Position numbers and translations under genes: made by a program. Positions 37,690 to 41,622 of a stretch of 41,622 nucleotides of DNA are shown piece by piece. This stretch comes from an uncultured Butyricicoccus sp. (GTDB lineage Bacteria > Bacillota > Clostridia > Oscillospirales > Butyricicoccaceae). The stretch is taken from the NCBI GenBank assembly GCA_964399205.1, contig CAYNPX010000001.1:1-41622 (forward strand), in the 5' to 3' direction. Under the pieces are notes generated by a model. That model had not been told where the DNA came from, made no database searches, and saw only the letters and a program-made list of their open reading frames with translations. Positions within the stretch are counted from its first letter, which is position 1, and every line of letters begins with the position of its first letter.

Positions 37690-38580
37690 TCAGCTTCTGC
37701 GATCCGCCAGTGAACGCGCCAGTTCCGGCAGCATACCGGCATCGGCAAATGGTGTCAGCGCATGTACTGCCTGTTCGGATAATTCATGAACAAGCGCATG
37801 ACAGCGCGCCAGACCAAGCAATGAAGGATAAGTGCTTTTGCCGTTTTCACTGTCCGAGCCAATCGGTTTGCCAAATGTCTCTTCATCGCCTTCTATATCC
37901 AGGATATCATCCTGAATTTGAAAAGCAAGACCAATGCAGCGTGCATATTCCAGCGCAGCCTGTGTCTGCTCCTCACTTGCGCCGCCAATCAGACAGCCAA
38001 GCTGCGCGGCGGCGCCAATGAGCGCGCCGGTTTTCAGTTCCTGCAAGGTTTTCAGCTGCGCAAGGGAAATCTGAGTTTTCTCCGCCTGCATATCAAGTAC
38101 CTGTCCGCCGATCATGCCTTCCATGCCGGAAGCGCGTGACAGCACACGAATCGCCCTGAGCTGTGTTTCTGCGGAAATCAGTGCGGTATTCGCCGGATCA
38201 GATGCCGTTTCAAACGCAAGATTCAGCAGACCATCGCCGGCGAGCACAGCAGTCGCTTCGCCATAGACCTTGTGGTTGGTCGGCTTGCCGCGGCGCAGGT
38301 CATCATTATCCATGCACGGCAGATCATCATGTATGAGTGAATAGGTGTGAATCATTTCCAGCGCACAGGCAAACGGCAGTGCCGCCTGTATATCACCGCC
38401 GCACAGACGGCAAAATTCCAGCACCAGCGCCGGACGCAGCCGTTTGCCGCCAGCCATTGCGGAATAGCGGCAAGCCTCAAAAATAACTGTCTGTCCTTTG
38501 TCCTCCTGCGGCCGGATATATTCCAACAGTTTTTCCTCTGTCAGCTTACTATATGCTGCAAGGCATTCATTCAGCGCCAT
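37690..38580 (-). CDS. ispA: Farnesyl diphosphate synthase / geranyltranstransferase
   Basis: GGKRLRP, HDDLPCMDNDDLRRG, FQIQDDILD. Confidence 0.95.
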   Translation of the reverse strand: MALNECLAAYSKLTEEKLLEYIRPQEDKGQTVIFEACRYSAMAGGKRLRPALVLEFCRLCGGDIQAALPFACALEMIHTYSLIHDDLPCMDNDDLRRGKPTNHKVYGEATAVLAGDGLLNLAFETASDPANTALISAETQLRAIRVLSRASGMEGMIGGQVLDMQAEKTQISLAQLKTLQELKTGALIGAAAQLGCLIGGASEEQTQAALEYARCIGLAFQIQDDILDIEGDEETFGKPIGSDSENGKSTYPSLLGLARCHALVHELSEQAVHALTPFADAGMLPELARSLADRRS

Positions 38581-38583
38581 ACC

Positions 38584-38814
38584 CTATTCCCCTTCCTGCA
38601 TTTCAAACGGCACCTCGGCTTCCTCGCCGTCCTTCCCTGTGACCATCGTCACCTTCTGTTCCGCAGTATCCAAAAGTTTGGATAAATACGCAGACAGCTT
38701 CGTCCCTTCTTCAAACAGTGCCATACTTTTATCCAGCGGAGCTTCCCCGGCCTCCAGCTGGGATACAATATCCTCAAGGCGCTTCATCGCCTGCTCAAAT
38801 GTCAAAGTTTCCAT
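38584..38814 (-). CDS. xseB: Exodeoxyribonuclease VII small subunit
   Basis: TFEQAMKRLEDIVSQLE...FEEG. Confidence 0.95.
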   Translation of the reverse strand: METLTFEQAMKRLEDIVSQLEAGEAPLDKSMALFEEGTKLSAYLSKLLDTAEQKVTMVTGKDGEEAEVPFEMQEGE

Positions 38815-38823
38815 GTGCTCTCC

Positions 38824-40038
38824 TCATATTTTCCGCTTGACCTGTGTTACCCTGCACACAGCGCCGCCCTTGGCGAACCGGACAACGATCTCATCCTCTC
38901 GCCGCAGCTTTGCGCTGCTGGCTATGACCTGCTCGTCCTTTGTCACGACAGAATAGCCTCGTGCCAGCACCTTTAACGGGCTGTATGCATCCAAATACGC
39001 CGCCTGCTTGACAAATTCCTGTCGTTTGGCCGCAACGATGTTCTGCATTGCAGCTGCCAGTTGACCGGATACATGCCCCAGTGCGTACCGCTTGTCCTGA
39101 ATATAACCGGATGGCGTTCGCAGCCTGCGCCGTTTATCCAGCGCCTCCAGCTGCATTCGCTTTGCCGTCAAAATCGCCTGCATATCGCTGCGAAGCGCAT
39201 TGTCCGCCGTGAGCAGGAACCGGCGAAGCTCCGCGCGATCCGGTACGCATATCTCCGCCGCATTGGACGGCGTCGCTGCGCGTACATCCGCGGCAAAATC
39301 TGAAATCGTAACATCAGGCTCATGCCCGACAGCGGAGATCACCGGGATGTCAGACGCTGCAATCGCACGCGCTACAATTTCCTCGTTAAACGCCCACAAA
39401 TCCTCCAACGAGCCGCCGCCGCGCCCGGTGATGATAACATCCGCTTCTCCACGGCGATTGACTGCTGCGATCGCACCCGCAATATCTGCCGCCGCGCCCT
39501 CGCCCTGTACGAGCACAGGATAAATCTGCACTGCCGCAATCGGATATCTTCTTTTGAGAATACGGAGCATATCGCGCACAGCCGCGCCGGTCGGCGAGGT
39601 TATGATCGCAATTTTCTGCGGAATACGCGGAATCGTTTTTTTTCGTTCCGCATCGAATAGTCCTTCGGCATATAAACGCTGCTTGAGCTGCTCAAATGCA
39701 ACGGTCAGCGCGCCGATACCGTCGGGCATCATATCCGCGATGTACATCTGATACTGTCCATATTTCGGATAGCAGCTGATGCGCCCGCGGGCAATGACTT
39801 TCATTCCATTTTCCGGACGGAAACGCAGGCGCACCGCATCCGAACGGAACATAACCGCCGACAGCACGCCGCCCTCATCCTTTAATGTGAAATATTTGTG
39901 ACCGGAGGAATGCGCCTTGAAATTAGAAATTTCGCCCTGTACATAGATATTGCGAAACGGCTCATGATCCTCCAGCATCAGCTTGATTGTATGATTCACT
40001 TGAGAAACTGTGTAAACATTTTGTTGTCTCATGTTCAT
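38824..40038 (-). CDS. xseA: Exodeoxyribonuclease VII large subunit
   Basis: GEISN, SGH.YFTLKD, GRGGGSLEDLWAFNEE, AATPSNAAE, SPLKVLARGY. Confidence 0.97.
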   Translation of the reverse strand: MNMRQQNVYTVSQVNHTIKLMLEDHEPFRNIYVQGEISNFKAHSSGHKYFTLKDEGGVLSAVMFRSDAVRLRFRPENGMKVIARGRISCYPKYGQYQMYIADMMPDGIGALTVAFEQLKQRLYAEGLFDAERKKTIPRIPQKIAIITSPTGAAVRDMLRILKRRYPIAAVQIYPVLVQGEGAAADIAGAIAAVNRRGEADVIITGRGGGSLEDLWAFNEEIVARAIAASDIPVISAVGHEPDVTISDFAADVRAATPSNAAEICVPDRAELRRFLLTADNALRSDMQAILTAKRMQLEALDKRRRLRTPSGYIQDKRYALGHVSGQLAAAMQNIVAAKRQEFVKQAAYLDAYSPLKVLARGYSVVTKDEQVIASSAKLRREDEIVVRFAKGGAVCRVTQVKRKI

Positions 40039-40967
40039 TCCCCGCTCAAAGTTGCCGCCAATACGGCTACGCCGACAGCATTATCTCCGGAAAGCATCGG
40101 CTCGGCAAAATATGCGCCGAACTGCCGCTTCATGCGCTGCTGCAGCAGACGATTGGACATGACGCCGCCGGCACACAATACCGGCAGCCGCAATTTCTGC
40201 ACTGCCTGCGCCGTCGCTTTCATCACCGCTTCCGATACAATATCAATTGCATAGCGCGCCACAATCTCACGCGGCGCGCCGCTGTTATGCAGCTGTTCGA
40301 TTTTGTTTTGTGCACCGGAAAGTGAAAAATAGCTGTCTGTCACCTTCGGACAAAACGGCTTTTCCGGCGCATCGCAGGAATCTGCAAGCTGTTCCATCTG
40401 CGCACCGGATGGAAACGGCAGCCCCAGCAGCCTGCCCGCACGATCGATCAGCTGACCTGCCGCAAGATCATCCGTCCCTCCGATGATCTCCGCTGTGAAC
40501 AGCGCGCCGTCCGGCGTAACATGCAGCAGCTCCGTTGTCCCACCGGACAGGTGCCACGCGAGAAACGGCTCATGCAGTAACGGCAACGCATTCGCAGACA
40601 ATGCCGCTGCCGCAAGATGTCCCTGCTGGTGGGAGACCTCATAAAACGGTACTGCCAGCGCGTGCGCTATGCTGCGTGCCGTTCCCGCCCCCGCAAGGAA
40701 GCATGGCATATAGGAACCTTCTACCGCACGCGGTCGGGTACTCGCCGCAACAGCCTTTATTTGCCCGCCAAAGCCCGCCGGTAATTCCGCAATGCGCTCC
40801 GGCAAATGCAGCGTATGCTGAAACAGGGCATCGCTCTGCCGCAAACCGATACGCCCTTCCGGCACCTCCAGCAGCCGTCCGGAGTTGTGCCACTCCCTGC
40901 TTTCGCTGTCAAACAGCGCCGCAGAAGTACGATAATTTGAGGTGTCAACGCCAAAAAAACGTGCCAT
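40035..40967 (-). CDS. TsaD/Kae1-like (M22 glycoprotease family) paralog
   Basis: GVDTSNY, SHQQGH, LSGGTTE, AGQLIDR, GGVMSN, DNAVG. Confidence 0.85.
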   Translation of the reverse strand: MARFFGVDTSNYRTSAALFDSESREWHNSGRLLEVPEGRIGLRQSDALFQHTLHLPERIAELPAGFGGQIKAVAASTRPRAVEGSYMPCFLAGAGTARSIAHALAVPFYEVSHQQGHLAAAALSANALPLLHEPFLAWHLSGGTTELLHVTPDGALFTAEIIGGTDDLAAGQLIDRAGRLLGLPFPSGAQMEQLADSCDAPEKPFCPKVTDSYFSLSGAQNKIEQLHNSGAPREIVARYAIDIVSEAVMKATAQAVQKLRLPVLCAGGVMSNRLLQQRMKRQFGAYFAEPMLSGDNAVGVAVLAATLSGE

Positions 40968-41413
40968 TATTCCGCCTTTTCACGTGCAGCAGCACCAAGA
41001 ACGCCGTTGATGAACGAAGAGGCTTCCTTCGACTCATATTTCTTCGCCAATTCCACAGCTTCATCAATTGCGGTTCCGACCGGGACATCCTCTGCATACT
41101 GCATTTCGTACAGTGCCAGCCGCAGCAGCGACATGGTCATATGGGTCAGACGATTGGTGTTCCAGTTGGTTGAATGCGCCGCGACCACAGCATCCAGCTC
41201 TGTATAATGCGCGCAGACACCCAAAACCGTATCGCGGATATATTTTTTCTGATCGTCTGTCAGCTTACCCGCGTACAGTGCAACGTCTCCCGCCAGTGAA
41301 TCCATCACAGACTTTTCCAGACGATCTGTCAACAGATCGTCATCCTCAAACTGCTTAAAGCTCAGTTCAAATACGAGATGCAGTGCGATCTCTCTTGCTT
41401 CTTTTCTTCCCAC
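40967..41413 (-). CDS. nusB: Transcription antitermination factor NusB
   Basis: RKEARE, LRLALYEM, AIDEAVELAKKY, FINGVL. Confidence 0.95.
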   Translation of the reverse strand: MGRKEAREIALHLVFELSFKQFEDDDLLTDRLEKSVMDSLAGDVALYAGKLTDDQKKYIRDTVLGVCAHYTELDAVVAAHSTNWNTNRLTHMTMSLLRLALYEMQYAEDVPVGTAIDEAVELAKKYESKEASSFINGVLGAAAREKAE

Positions 41414-41622
41414 AGGGGTTACCTCCGAATATGTGCGTATAAATTCATTGTCATGTCAATTGTAGCATGTCCCATCAAATATTGCAAATCCTTAGAGCCT
41501 ATCCAAGGATGAAACGTATACAGATCATGCCGTCAGATGATTAAAAAAATACACAGACATAACAAAACCGTCTGCGACCCATGTCGACAGACGGAACAAA
41601 CAACCGGTAAATTCTTTCTCAT

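Noticed and set aside
40035-40967. TsaD-like gene between nusB and xseA as a novelty
   Set aside because: This arrangement is common in Clostridia as far as I know.
1-41622. tRNA, rRNA, CRISPR arrays, IS transposases
   Set aside because: None recognised on reading; a covariance-model scan was not possible.

Overview
Chromosomal window from a spore-forming Clostridia bacterium (Oscillospiraceae/Butyricicoccus-like by gene content; this is inference). It carries ordinary genes: a CP-ATP-grasp/alpha-E/transglutaminase/M14 operon, adh, radA, a cwlD-like amidase, cobI, ABC genes, feoB, a two-component system, degV, moaA, fucO, aroD and nusB-xseA-xseB-ispA. It also has three stand-alone large serine recombinases (LSRs) with no phage or conjugation genes. 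Each LSR ends about 17-24 bp from the break point of a convergent, truncated gene. LSR1 abuts the 5' 466 codons of an asnO-like asparagine synthetase with a sigmaE-consensus promoter. LSR3 abuts an unannotated 26-codon 5' piece (32453-32530, sigmaK-consensus promoter plus RBS) of a Cys-rich, CsxA-like spore-surface gene. The next piece of that gene lies 21,243 bp away (about 11030-11212) behind a 16/18-bp direct repeat, and deleting the intervening DNA rejoins the pieces in frame. That second piece is cut again next to LSR2, and the rest of the gene is not in the window. The intervening DNA holds housekeeping genes such as radA, feoB and moaA rather than phage cargo. Best interpretation (inference): a multi-recombinase, nested, skin-like programmed DNA deletion system that assembles mother-cell sporulation genes from dispersed pieces.
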